From Psilocybe cubensis (taxonomy: Eukaryota): a DNA stretch of 64,000 bases. Below the pieces are notes generated by a model, which did not search any database, was not told where the DNA came from, and saw only the letters and a program-made list of their open reading frames with translations. Below are positions 25,535 to 36,368 of this stretch, piece by piece; within the stretch, counting starts at the first letter, position 1; the number at the start of each line of letters is the position of its first letter. The translations under genes were made by a program, and so were the position numbers. The stretch covers positions 2,170,001 through 2,234,000 of the forward strand of contig CM039009.1 of assembly GCA_017499595.2 (NCBI GenBank), given 5' to 3'.

Positions 25535-26300
25535 CGTCGCAGACAATGAAGAGAGGAAAACGAGATTGGAGCGGGATGCAAGCGGGACTGGGAATTGACT
25601 TTCCGGGGTGAGTTTCACGAGACCTCGACTAACCGGTTATTTCCGATGCCGGTTTCCAGAGGGGCATAATGTCACGTGTTCATTGACAAACAACAGTAAA
25701 CGTCAACTTCAACGTTCAACGTAACGTCGACTCTCGAGGTTTAGTGACCTTTGTATCAGGCAAACGCTCTGCTAGCATGCAAGATATTGACCTATCGATA
25801 AACTTTTATCTTAACCTGCTCTTACTTGCGCCAGATGAACTATCTACCGCTTATTTACCATGACTTCGACAGTAAACGTAGTCTTTGTACTGGCGCGTTT
25901 CCATACCCTACAATGTGTTTGTAAACTTGGAAATTTCACTTCAAGAGGTGAGTCATTGGCCTCTAGATTCTATTTTATTTCATTGATATATCCTGCACCT
26001 GTGGACCCACCGTCTTTGTTTTTGTTTCTCCTCGAAAAAACAAGGTGTGCAGTCCAACATCGTCCTTGCCCCCGAGATCCCATGGCAATACACGACATAT
26101 TGACCCTAATTTTTTTCTTGGTGCTGGGCTATCTAGGCTTGAAAAAATTCTATCCTATCTGGAGAGCTCAGCTTCGCATGTCGATCGTTCGTCTGTTAAA
26201 AAGCTAATCTAATAAGACGCGAATCCCAACCATTCTGTGAAACTGAATGCCCCTCCCTCAACAATTGTCTTGATGCGAGACCTGTTCAAGGTTTATGGTA

Positions 26301-26347
26301 TGGCTAACAATCGGTGGCTGGCATTGGGTGGCTAACGATCGGTGGCT
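26301..26347 (+). promoter_or_regulatory. 19-bp direct repeat in the orphan gene promoter
   Basis: TGGCTAACAATCGGTGGCT (26301-26319) and TGGCTAACGATCGGTGGCT (26329-26347), 18/19 identical, ~50 nt upstream of the TATA. Confidence 0.6.
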
Positions 26348-26503
26348 TATATAGTCTTGTTACAAATTCGCTCGCACGAGTACGAAGGGGCAGCATATAA
26401 AAGACGAACCCTTTGCACAATTCCTTCTTCATCATAACGATATCAATCAAGCAATCTCAACAATCTCATATCCAAACAATTATTCAAGCATCTCTTTGAT
26501 AAT

Positions 26504-29247
26504 ATGGCTGCTCTCATCGCCGTATCTACAAACTTTTTCAACCTCGCCGTTGGCCCCCCACTGGCCTTCGTCGGAGGTGCCATCTGCAACGCCGTGCTCA
26601 ATTTCATTCCCGCCCTTCCCAAACAAGTGGGATTGAGCGTCGGACTTCAACGCGTCGTTGGTATCGCTGGTGTTGCCAGCGTTATCTCACTCGACGCCGG
26701 CTTCCGTTACTACAAGGAAGTTGGCATCGCCCCAGTCAACTATGCTGCCGCCGAAGCTCCTTCGGCGGACTCTTCTGGCAGCCTTACTACCCAATCCGCC
26801 ATCGACGCGCAGACTCAAGGGGTGCCAGCTGTGCAAGCTGCCACCTCTGCTGCAGGAGAGGCATCGGCACCGGACACTGGGGCTTCAGGTATGTTTTAAT
26901 CAACGGCGTGGTATATCCTTGCTCATAAAAATGTTATTATTCAGGTAACAACAATGGCGAGGATGACAACGATACTCCCCATAACGGCGATGGTTCACAA
27001 ATTGGCAAAGGCGATGCAAAGGGTGGTGAGTACTTCGATATATATTGTAGTCGCAATCACTTATTCTCTCGAAGAATCTTCTCCCAACCGCAAAGGCGGG
27101 GAGCCAGTAAATGCACCACCACCCCCGCCACCCCCGCCACCACCCTCGCCTGGTTCTGAGGTCAATGACGACCCAACCCCGCTGTCGGTTTTCAAGCTAT
27201 GGCTACTCCTTCTATTGGCGTCGATCCCGATGGGCATTGCAGCCATCATATACCGGCTTCGACTAAAGGCAAGAAAGGCGAAGAACAAGGGCAGAAGGAA
27301 ACCCATCAAGCTTCTCAAGAACGCGTGCCCAGTCTTCGCGTTCCCCACCGGCCAGTGCCCAGTTGGCGGGCCCGATACATTCACCAAAGCCATTATCCCG
27401 CCTCCCAAAGAGGTACTCACTATCAAACCTCAAGTTGAAGAAGTGGCATTGGGTCCTTCGCCAGAGCCCGCAGTATTCAATGAAACAGCTTCCCCTGTAG
27501 AAGAAGAGGTTCAGTCTTTCGCCTCTAAACCTTCAGAAACTGTCAGCCCCACTCTGAAGAAGAGGTTTGAGTCCACTACGTCAAGAATGCCATACCGATC
27601 TCCAACCAACATCGCCTTCCGTATCCTCAGTGATATTGTCTACCGCATTTTTCTTATTTTCTACATCCTCCTCATCGAAAACTTCCTGTTCACCCTCTGC
27701 ACCATACTTGTTATGTCCGTGATGTCATTCTTGCACAAAAACGGACTCGCGTTCGGCTGTGGGACAAAGGTTGACAAGAAAAAGGTATGTGACATACATC
27801 TCTTATGTAACCTTTTTATATTGAGTATACTTTTTATAGACTTTCGTCCCCGCGGCTTTCCTTGATGGCAAGGATGACGATGAAGACAAGAACGTCGACG
27901 AGGGTGCTGTAGACCTCATGTCCACACTTTCCACCAGCACCGAGGTCGCGGGAATCGAACGGGACACATTCTACAACACCAGCTTCGAGGCCAACCTCCC
28001 TTCTCAGCCCGACGAACACCCCGAACCCTCCCTCGAGCTCTCTCGTCTCGATTTCGACGAGCACTCCTTCGTCCGAAGGCAGCTTCGCCTCTGGGGATTC
28101 ACCGTGCTCGATGGGGTCGTCGTCGAAGGATTCGAAGAGGAGTCAACCGCTTTTATCGAGGAGGTGAATGATCTGTTGGAGTTAGGTGGATTGATGCAGG
28201 ATAACAGGTCGGGCATCTCTGATGGTCCTACCCTTACCGCGGACATCTTGGAGGGGCCAACCGAGACGACACTCGTTGGGTCCCTGGAGGATATTGTGGC
28301 CGAGGAAGTTACCCAGCCGATTGCACCCCTTGCACCCCTTGCACCCCTCGCCTCTCAGGAGGACCTCTGGACTGACAACGATACCACCAGCTCCATCGAC
28401 ATTCTCACCCCCGTCGAGGAAGTCTCAAGCACCCTCGAGCAGGCCGATGGTGAAGTCGAAATCGAGGCGCGCCCTAACGCGGACATCGAGGCCGTCGTCG
28501 ACGAAGACAGCGAGGACATTCTCGCGGGCCTTGACCGAGTTGTCGAGGAGCACCCTGTCGCTGTCGTTCCCCGCGAGGAGGAAGAGGATGACCAGGATAT
28601 CCTCGCAGGTCTTGACCCAGTCAACAACAAGGTCGGCGGCGGCGTTCCACCTTGCGAGGAGGAGGAGCACGGTCAGGTTGTCGCTGCCCTGGATGAGGTC
28701 ATTCGGGAGGTTATTGAAGAGGAGCCGACGGTCGGCACTCTTGTTGTGGTATGTTTTGCTTTATTTTGGACCAACAATATACTGATCATTATTCGCTGCT
28801 ATTAGTATACTCCCTTGAGGATCACAATGGTTGAAGCCAGCGAGGTCGGTGAGCCTGAGGGATCGGTCGGTGCGCCCGAGGGATCTTTGGTATGTTTGAT
28901 AACATTGTTATGGCTATACATATTTATTTATATGACAATGTCTATAGCCCTCTAATACTTGCACCACGATGGTGGTTTGGCGCCCCTTGCAAGACCCCGC
29001 CCATCATCAAGCTGGGGTTTCCGTCTCACAGATTGAGCTCCGAGATGGATGTCGCGTCCGCCGCCGCAAGCGTTGCCGTCCCAAGAAGAAGATTCAACCC
29101 CCGGCCAAGCCTGAGCCCACTCAAGATGACTCCCAGGCTCAGCCTCAGCCCACTGTGGATGACGCCACTGTGGAAGACTCCCAGGCCCAGCCTCAGCCCA
29201 CAGTGGATGACTCCCAGGCCCAGCCTCAGTCTACTGAAGACAACTAA
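26504..29247 (+). CDS. Orphan ~822-aa membrane protein: hydrophobic N-terminus, poly-Pro, TM helices, long acidic region, Arg/Lys-rich C-terminal motif, DDSQAQPQPTV repeats
   Basis: Six exons (26504-26888, 26945-27025, 27075-27784, 27840-28748, 28806-28889, 28948-29247) splice GT-AG into one open frame of 2469 nt. TATAAAA at ~26396; codons strongly C-ending. I recognise no family. Confidence 0.75.
29125..29241 (+). repeat. Coding tandem repeat, ~33-nt unit x3 (DDSQAQPQPTV)
   Basis: GA(T/A)GACTCCCAGGCYCAGCCTCAG occurs three times, with one partial spacer unit. Confidence 0.9.
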
Positions 29248-29250
29248 GCC

Positions 29251-29706
29251 ACCGCACGAAATATCCTCAAGCGCGATGTAGACCCGAAACGACGACGAGA
29301 ACCAGACTTCGCAGCAAACACTTCCGACGTACTCGAGATCATCGACATCCACCTTCATCACTTCCTATATTCCTTTTCATCCGATTCCTGGGTGCCGACT
29401 GTGGTGGGTCGCTGTCTGACGAGACAGTGATTCGCCGTGTCCGTTGTAGGGTGGGCTTTGCTGTGATGCCCAGAATGTTGACGAGCATTCTGGACATTAC
29501 AGCAAAGCCAACACTGCAGTGGCCAGTCGGGTGCATGAGAGGTAGCGCTGACGAGTGCTACCTTGAATGCAACCCAGGATACCGGACTTTTCTATCCTTT
29601 CTTCTTACTCTCTTTGTGGACTCTCTGATCTCGGGTACATCATCACACCTCGCTGCGAATCATCTCGGTTGTCGCCGTTTTTCCGCGCTATAGAACTTCT
29701 GGCGGT
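29251..29706 (+). ncRNA. Candidate large structured RNA element (3' UTR or independent ncRNA) with three U-GACG-A-capped hairpins
   Basis: Nested complementary segments and three hairpins with TGACGA at 29417, 29479 and 29549. The hairpins contain 11 G-U pairs and 1 A-C mismatch (see findings). Confidence 0.75.
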
Positions 29707-29859
29707 ACGCTCTTTTGGGCTTGGGTTTGGTTCTATTCTTCTTTGGTTCATTTTCTCTTCGGCTCCGGCTTCCAACTATCTTCTTTTCTTTTTTATCAAT
29801 ATCTTATTTTCCTTTCCATATATTCAATATACTCTCTATCTCAGGTCTCTATTCTCTGT

Positions 29860-30133
29860 TTCATTTCTATTTCTATTACCACATTTCTATCTCTCTATCC
29901 CATCTCTACATTTCTACCATATGTCTACATTTCTATGATTTTTCTATTCTACCACATCACTATATCACTACTCCATTTCTATTTTTCTATCACATCTCTA
30001 TCTACCACATTTTCTATATTTCTATTCTACCACATTTCTATATTTCTATCCCATTTCTACATCTCTATCCCATTTCTAATCTATTCTACCACACAAATAT
30101 CATTTTACATTTCTATATTTCTATATTCCTATT
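29860..30133 (+). repeat. Almost G-free low-complexity minisatellite built from ATTTCTAT and CTACCACAT units
   Basis: Repeated ATTTCTA(T/C), CTACCACAT and CTATCCCAT. I count only two G residues on the + strand in ~270 nt. Confidence 0.9.
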
Positions 30134-30531
30134 GTATAAATCTATATATTGTTTTTTTTTCTTCAAATACAATATTTATTCCCTTATTCTTGGAAAGATT
30201 AGCTCCGATTCGGCTTATGTGTGCACAATATATTGTTTAGAAAAAAGCTTTGGAATGGCTTCGTTTAACATTATGTTGTGTTTTAGCCTGGGACTAGTCC
30301 AATGTTCAACGTTCAACGCCAACGACTGGTAAGGTAATGTGAGACCGTTAACTTGTCTGCCAATCAACCATGAATAGAACTTTACACCACTACAAAAACA
30401 AACCCCTTCGTGGGTATGGTGGAACCGGGCAGTACTCATAACTCGAACTCGGTACTCAGTATTCAGACATAACTAAGTTTACGTGAATATTACCATCGGC
30501 TTAGAGCAACGAAATTCAAGTACAGAACTAA

Positions 30532-31365
30532 TTAACAAACGAATTTCTTGAAAGCTTCGTAGCATTGAAGAATACCACGTCGATTATCGAGTGGCTTTAT
30601 GCCTTCGCTGAACCGGCGGCTGGGGCGGGGGATGTCAGGAACATGTCCAGTGACGATGGTGAGAGTAGGAGGATACTGCCCTTGTGCGACGCATCGAGTC
30701 AATTCTTGGGTGACGGGAATCTTGAAGAAACTCGGAGATGTCCCAACCATGATTATACCCGGGATGACCTATGCCCAAGAATGAATAACATTCGTAGTAT
30801 GATTTATTGAAAGCAGACTTACCTTGCTATTCAATGGGTCAAGTCCCGCCGATCGCCTCTGAGCGTTGTTATTCTGGAAGGTGGCTATTGCAGAGGCAAT
30901 GAGTTGAGCATGCGGGTCTGTGTCGCCACCAAATCGCTTATCCTCGTGAACGAGGAGGATGATATCATTTTCATTTCGATCGATAATGCAGACATCGGGT
31001 TTGGCATATTTTTTCTCTCCGCATATGAGAAGTCGTAACTTTTTGCGTGTGCGAACTGCTCGAGGACGATGAAGATAGCCAAGGGAATGGAAAAGTACCA
31101 CTGCGAAATCAACAACTGCCGATTCCTCAGGCTCCGCGGGCATCATTGCAAGATCGAGTTGAGTGAGGAGGCTGTAGGCGATATCGTTGGCTGCGTCGTC
31201 GGCGGTGAGGGCAGTGAATACCTCCTGGCTGACAGCAGGAGCAGGTAAGGGCGTCTCGCCAAAGAATGTCGGAGCATCCTGGAAGGTGATATTGATGTTA
31301 TATGCTTCCAACTCATTGTCGGTCCACTCGTTTCCTGACTTGGCTGAGCGAATAATGTTGGCCAT
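30532..31365 (-). CDS. Agaricomycete PD-(D/E)xK (restriction-endonuclease-like) family hypothetical protein (2 exons)
   Basis: MANIIRSAKSGNEWTDNELEAYNI, ESAVVDFA..L...LGY, AKPDVCII, LLVHEDKR, AQLIA.AIA.FQ.NN, MVGTSPSFFKIPVT..L...V..GQYP, LDNRR.ILQCYEAFK.F. Confidence 0.75.
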
Positions 31366-31849
31366 GATAGCTTGAAGGCAATATACAGGTTCTGTGAGGA
31401 CAAAGCTGCATGCCTGTTGTGGTTTAGAAATGTAGATCCAAACAACATTAGACGCCTTTGCCTGGGCAAATTTGCCAGAGAATTTGCTCAAATTTGCAGC
31501 CAAATATCACGTGGTCTAATTTTATGCCTAATCAACGCAAATTTGCAGGAGAAATAGCATATTTGTCGGTAATTGTGCTACACACAGGCTAACTACTCAC
31601 TAGCACTCCTCATCTGCCGTTGCCAGAGACCCCGTTCAACCTTCAATACCATTAACCACTTCAATGTTGTTTGAGGCCTAATGCTGATTTTGGAAAGGCT
31701 AGTTTGGCATAATAAGGGGATTGTCAGGCGGTCCGAGATTGTCATTGCAGGATTTCCTCAAATATCCTTGAGTCTCTTGTCATGACCGAAGACTGACTTC
31801 ACAAAGTTGCTCAAATCCATCATCTACTAAATCAGCTCCGCATAACACA

Positions 31850-34408
31850 ATGTCAGCCACTTCTCCAATCATCCGTATCGACCCAGCTCGCATCATCGAT
31901 GAGGTCGACCCTCGTATCTACTCTGGCTTCACCGAACACATGGGAAGATGCATCTACGGAGGCATATATGACCCAGAGAACAAGAGCGGCTTATCGGACG
32001 AGAGGACAGGATTCAGAAAGGATGTGATGGAAGCTCTGAAGGCTCTCAAGATTCCTATCGTGAGGTATCCTGGAGGGTGAGTTCATGGAAGCATCTAAAC
32101 ACCTTACATGCAATGACTCGTCAGCTTGATCGCAGAAATTTCGTCAGTACCTATCGATGGCAAGGTATGAATCGTGGTTGTTGTTGCCCGTTTTCTCTAA
32201 ATCTCCTCTCTGACTTAGATGGTGTCGGTCCTCGTGAACTTCGCCCACGAAGGCCTGAACTTGCATGGTTGACCGAGGAGAGCAATCAGTTTGGAACAGG
32301 TGACGTTCATTGATTGAGATGGCAAATCAACGTTGATATTGACCGGAGAAACTAGACGAATTCATCGCATGGTGTCGAGAGCTTGGAACCGAACCATTCT
32401 TGTGTTTAAATATGGGAACCGGAACCTTAGAGGATGCTTTAGCTTGGGTGGAATACTGCAATAGGTAAATTTGCTTTTTGCTTCGCTCTATCACACGGAT
32501 CTAACTTATAGACAGTTCTTCAAATACCTACTATGCCAATCTACGTAGGAAAAATGGGCATGAAGAACCTTACGGCGTCAAGGCAAACTATCTTCCTCGT
32601 TTCCTATTGTTATTTTGTTAATATTGTTCAATGTAGTATTGGGCACTTGGTATACACTTACATTCTGTATTTCTCAATCGAGCTTATTATTATCCCTAGG
32701 TAACGAAGTGTGGGGTTCATGGCAGGGTTTGTCCAAGCCTATAGCAATGGTTCACTTTTCAAACTAACAATGTTTCGACTATTAGTCGGACAGATGGAGT
32801 CGCACGACTACGCGAAGAAAGCCTTCCAATGGGCAAAAGCGCTGCGGCTTCTTGACCCCAGCATCAAGCTCATCTCATGTGGAGGTTAGGGCGTTTACTC
32901 ACCCATTATTTGTTCTTATTCATTTAGATATTCCCAGAAAACGGATACTCTGACTGGGATAGGGTCACGCTTCGAAAACTCGCACCTGTCGTCGATTTTC
33001 ACTCCATTCACTGTACGCCTTGTTGCCTTATTTCTTCGACACGCATGTTCCCGGATTCTTATCTCAATCTGCAGTATACACAACAAGCCATGGCAAACAT
33101 CTTGTAAACGTCATGGGTCGTAAGTAAAATCCAAATTCGTCCAATGTACAGACCCTACATGCTTTCGTTATAACTTATATTTTCTTCAACGATTAGCCGC
33201 AGCCGCTGAGAAAGGAATTGAAATTACGCGCTCTCTCATTGATCTTGCAAAGATTGAAGGCGGGCTCAGCAAAGACTTGACTGTGTAAGCCTCTTCCATT
33301 CAATCTTTACAGCGTGGCGTCTCTTCTTACAATTCATCGCCTTGATAGCTGCTTCGATGAGTGGAATGTCTGGTAAATCTTATTCCCGACGATATATACG
33401 CTTCGATTGCTTGAAAACTGACTGTGTCGTTAGGGATCCCGTTCGTGGTACGTGAAAATGATCCCTTAAAGAACCTTTCATTATATGACATTTGTCGCCT
33501 TCAGCCCCGGGAGAAAAGGGTGCAGAAGAGCATTATGACCTCTCAGACGCACTTGGTACGCACGTCCCCTTTTTTGTTAGAGTTCGTGCAGTCATGTCGC
33601 ATTGATTTAGCTGTCGCATCCTGGCTCAATGTTTTTGTACGCAAGGCTGATATAGTGAAGATTGCTTGTATTGCTCAGTAAGCTCCAGATAGCTATTTGA
33701 CGATCGTTCTAATCATTCAGTAGGTCAGTTAATGTAATATCACCGGTTAGGAATCAATTTTTATTACACCACCATCGTCCCCTGACCTTTGCATTTTTTA
33801 GATCATTACTTCCCCGGACGGTCTTTTCAAACAGGCGAGTCCTCAGATATGCTCATAATCTCTGTGGGGCTAATTGCACTCTACTCCTGCAGACAACTTA
33901 TTACCCTCTTCATCTATTTTCAAATTTGATGCGAGGGGCATCGCTCTCCGTTCACGTCGATATCCCCACGCCTGCACTAGTATACACGGGCCCAACATCT
34001 CCCAAATTTGTCCAGGATCTGAGTGTACATACCCCGGATTCAGCCAAGCTTACCAAGCTCGTGGACGTCAGTGCAGTCTTAGCTTCCGTCGGGCAAGGAA
34101 AAGAAATTAGGATCGCGATTGTGAATAAAAGCGATGACATGGACTTCAAGGTTCCCATCCTGTTTGGCCCTCAGGCTACGGTGAAAGACGAGTTTACTGT
34201 ATACGAAATTTGGCACGAAGATCTCAAAGCTAACAATGGGTTTGATGGCGAGAGAGTGCGCACGGTCGTGAAAAATGATAGGCTTACTGGTAGCTATAAT
34301 TTGAAAAGCCACTCCTTCCAAAGTATGTCATCGTTCATTTCATTATTTCCAATTCGAATTGGCTCTCATAAGGTCTCTTTAGTTCTTGTTTTTCAAATAG
34401 TAGAGTAA
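31850..34408 (+). CDS. Glycoside hydrolase family 51 alpha-L-arabinofuranosidase (many small exons, no signal peptide)
   Basis: [58 protein letters not shown] (acid/base Glu), CFDEWNVW (nucleophile), AQ|SVNVISP. Confidence 0.95.
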
Positions 34409-36368
34409 ACAACGCTTGTCTTGTCATCTACTATTCTGCCTTGAATCTAAACAACGCTTGGGCAAGTCCAAGTGCTTGTGAAATGTTCTACTGTGTTTCG
34501 TCCATTGTGTAGATACTGACGACGCACACTGCTTTCGAAGCCCTTGGCCGCAGGCGGGACTGTGAGCAAACTATAGTGGGGGATTTGTTTAACCTTGAAC
34601 AGCATCCACAACCACCATGAATCTCCAGCCCAACGTATATATCCATCTTGGGCATACCCGGCAGAGATCTTTTCAACCCTCACCCGGGCAAAGAGCACCG
34701 CATTACAAGTTTGTCATCATGGATATCTAACTTGTGCGTACGCTTCATCTTGGATGGCCAATTGACATCCAATTTTGATCTACGAAGTTTCATTGCCCAA
34801 GTGACTGAAATGTTTCACAACCATTAGATGCCAGAAGTAAGCGACGTTTAACCATCATACGCCATGTATTGATAATTATGATCATTTTTTTATCTAGGCA
34901 TTGAGCGTTTTTATTGCCAACCAACCATCATTGTGCTAATTATATCCCTCATGATCTGGTACCCGGAATCTATGGGCACACCAAGGAAGTTAAAGCAGGT
35001 TATATTCATTGGACACACTATTCTAAATGCAATTGTCGATCTGGTCCTTATCCAATCCGTTTCAATAAATTCTATCATGTCCAATTGAACTGATCAGTAC
35101 CTTTCAAATGGAAACGCTAGGACGCCGTCTCGAAGGTCAGAATGTCACTTACATATTATTATTATCAAAATTAATGTGTTTTTGCATTGATGGACCAACC
35201 CTTTGAGAACCGGGCGCTCATTCTTGTTAGTAGAAGCTCATACACCGATGTTTAAGACCAGCATACTGCGGATCATCTTATTGCAGTGAGAGAACCTCGT
35301 CAAGGTGAGTAGTGGCAATAACCGTGTTAGAAATGCTGTTGACTAACTACACGCTCTGTGAAACCGGTAGCTTTGTGTGCCAGGGGAACTCACGGAACAA
35401 AGTGTACCTTCAACTAACCTCGAGTCAAAGGAAAATGACACTTATGATTACGACAACGAACATTGAGCGACAAACGGCTTTTATGGAGCTCGTACTAGAC
35501 AGATGCTATCTATCTATAATCTATCTCACCTCCGATCCACTTTAACACAGGTGTGTTAGCATCGAAAGATGAGATTTATATCCAAATGATAGCTGTGCCT
35601 TCAAGCGCTCTCTCATAACACCGCGGTGAAAGGTCAGAGGCAATGGATCGGACAGCCAACACAAGTATATTTGATAAATGAGATGGGAGGGCACAATGTG
35701 CCAGTGTCGCCGTTTCTGCCTTGATAACAGATTGTTGACTGGTATCTAAGTTCTGAAGTAGGTTTCTGTGCTCCTTGGGGTCGTATAGGTAGATATATAC
35801 ATGACAAGGCAACTAAGGAGTGTTCCATAAACAGTCTGTCGAAAAGGACATGAAGACATGCTGTGAATGCCATCTACCAACACTTTCGAGAGCTGTATTC
35901 AAGCGATTTATACAACCGGGTGTTATTCGAGTCTGTCAGATGAAGTATCAATGATCTCTTGCCAGCGCCGAAACACATTTTTTGTCTGGTATTGAAATTG
36001 ATTGTGAATTGACCACACAATGTCTACCCACAGCGCTTGGAGTGTCAGGACAGCACGCAGCAGCTGTGCTATTTTTTCTTATAAAGGCGGCAAATTCCCA
36101 ACGTCACTTCATACAATTAGCCAAACTGTGATATTGCTACATACAATTCCTCGACCGACGCTCATGTCATTTAAATGATTGTAACTGATAACTGATGATT
36201 TGATTGGACCATTCTAGTAAAAACTGTATCAAAAATTGAATCAAACACAACTACATCATCCTAGCACCGCCCGTCCATCCCGTGTCGTAACCTCTTCAGT
36301 CATCTGACAATTCCGTATAGTGATTGACTCTTAAAAAAAACTACATCGTGGATCATATATGATTTACT

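Noticed and set aside
29416-29555. CUGACGA matches the hammerhead ribozyme core CUGANGA
   Set aside because: Each copy sits at a hairpin apex with its flanks paired to each other. There is no downstream stem II-GAAA or NUH site in the required geometry.
29532-29571. SECIS-like AUGA...GA tandem G-A core in hairpin H3
   Set aside because: There is no apical AA and no internal loop below the core, the upstream CDS has no in-frame UGA and ends in TAA, and Dikarya are not known to have Sec machinery. I kept it only as a structural detail.
29251-29706. SRP RNA, RNase P/MRP or snRNA identity for the structured element
   Set aside because: I see no helix-8 SRP54 motif or GNRA loops and no recognisable P4 or Sm-site consensus. 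A cmscan run is still needed to exclude these formally.
29567-30332. Long ORFs (123-205 aa) rich in F/Y/I/S/H
   Set aside because: They are a by-product of the G-poor repeat, in which stop codons are rare; there is no protein-like signal.
34720-35470. Possible decayed kinase-like gene (LVPGIYGHTKE...FQMETLGRRLE) with splice-like signals
   Set aside because: The fragments are short and interrupted by stops, and no HRD/DFG-like motifs are visible. It cannot be supported without tBLASTn.
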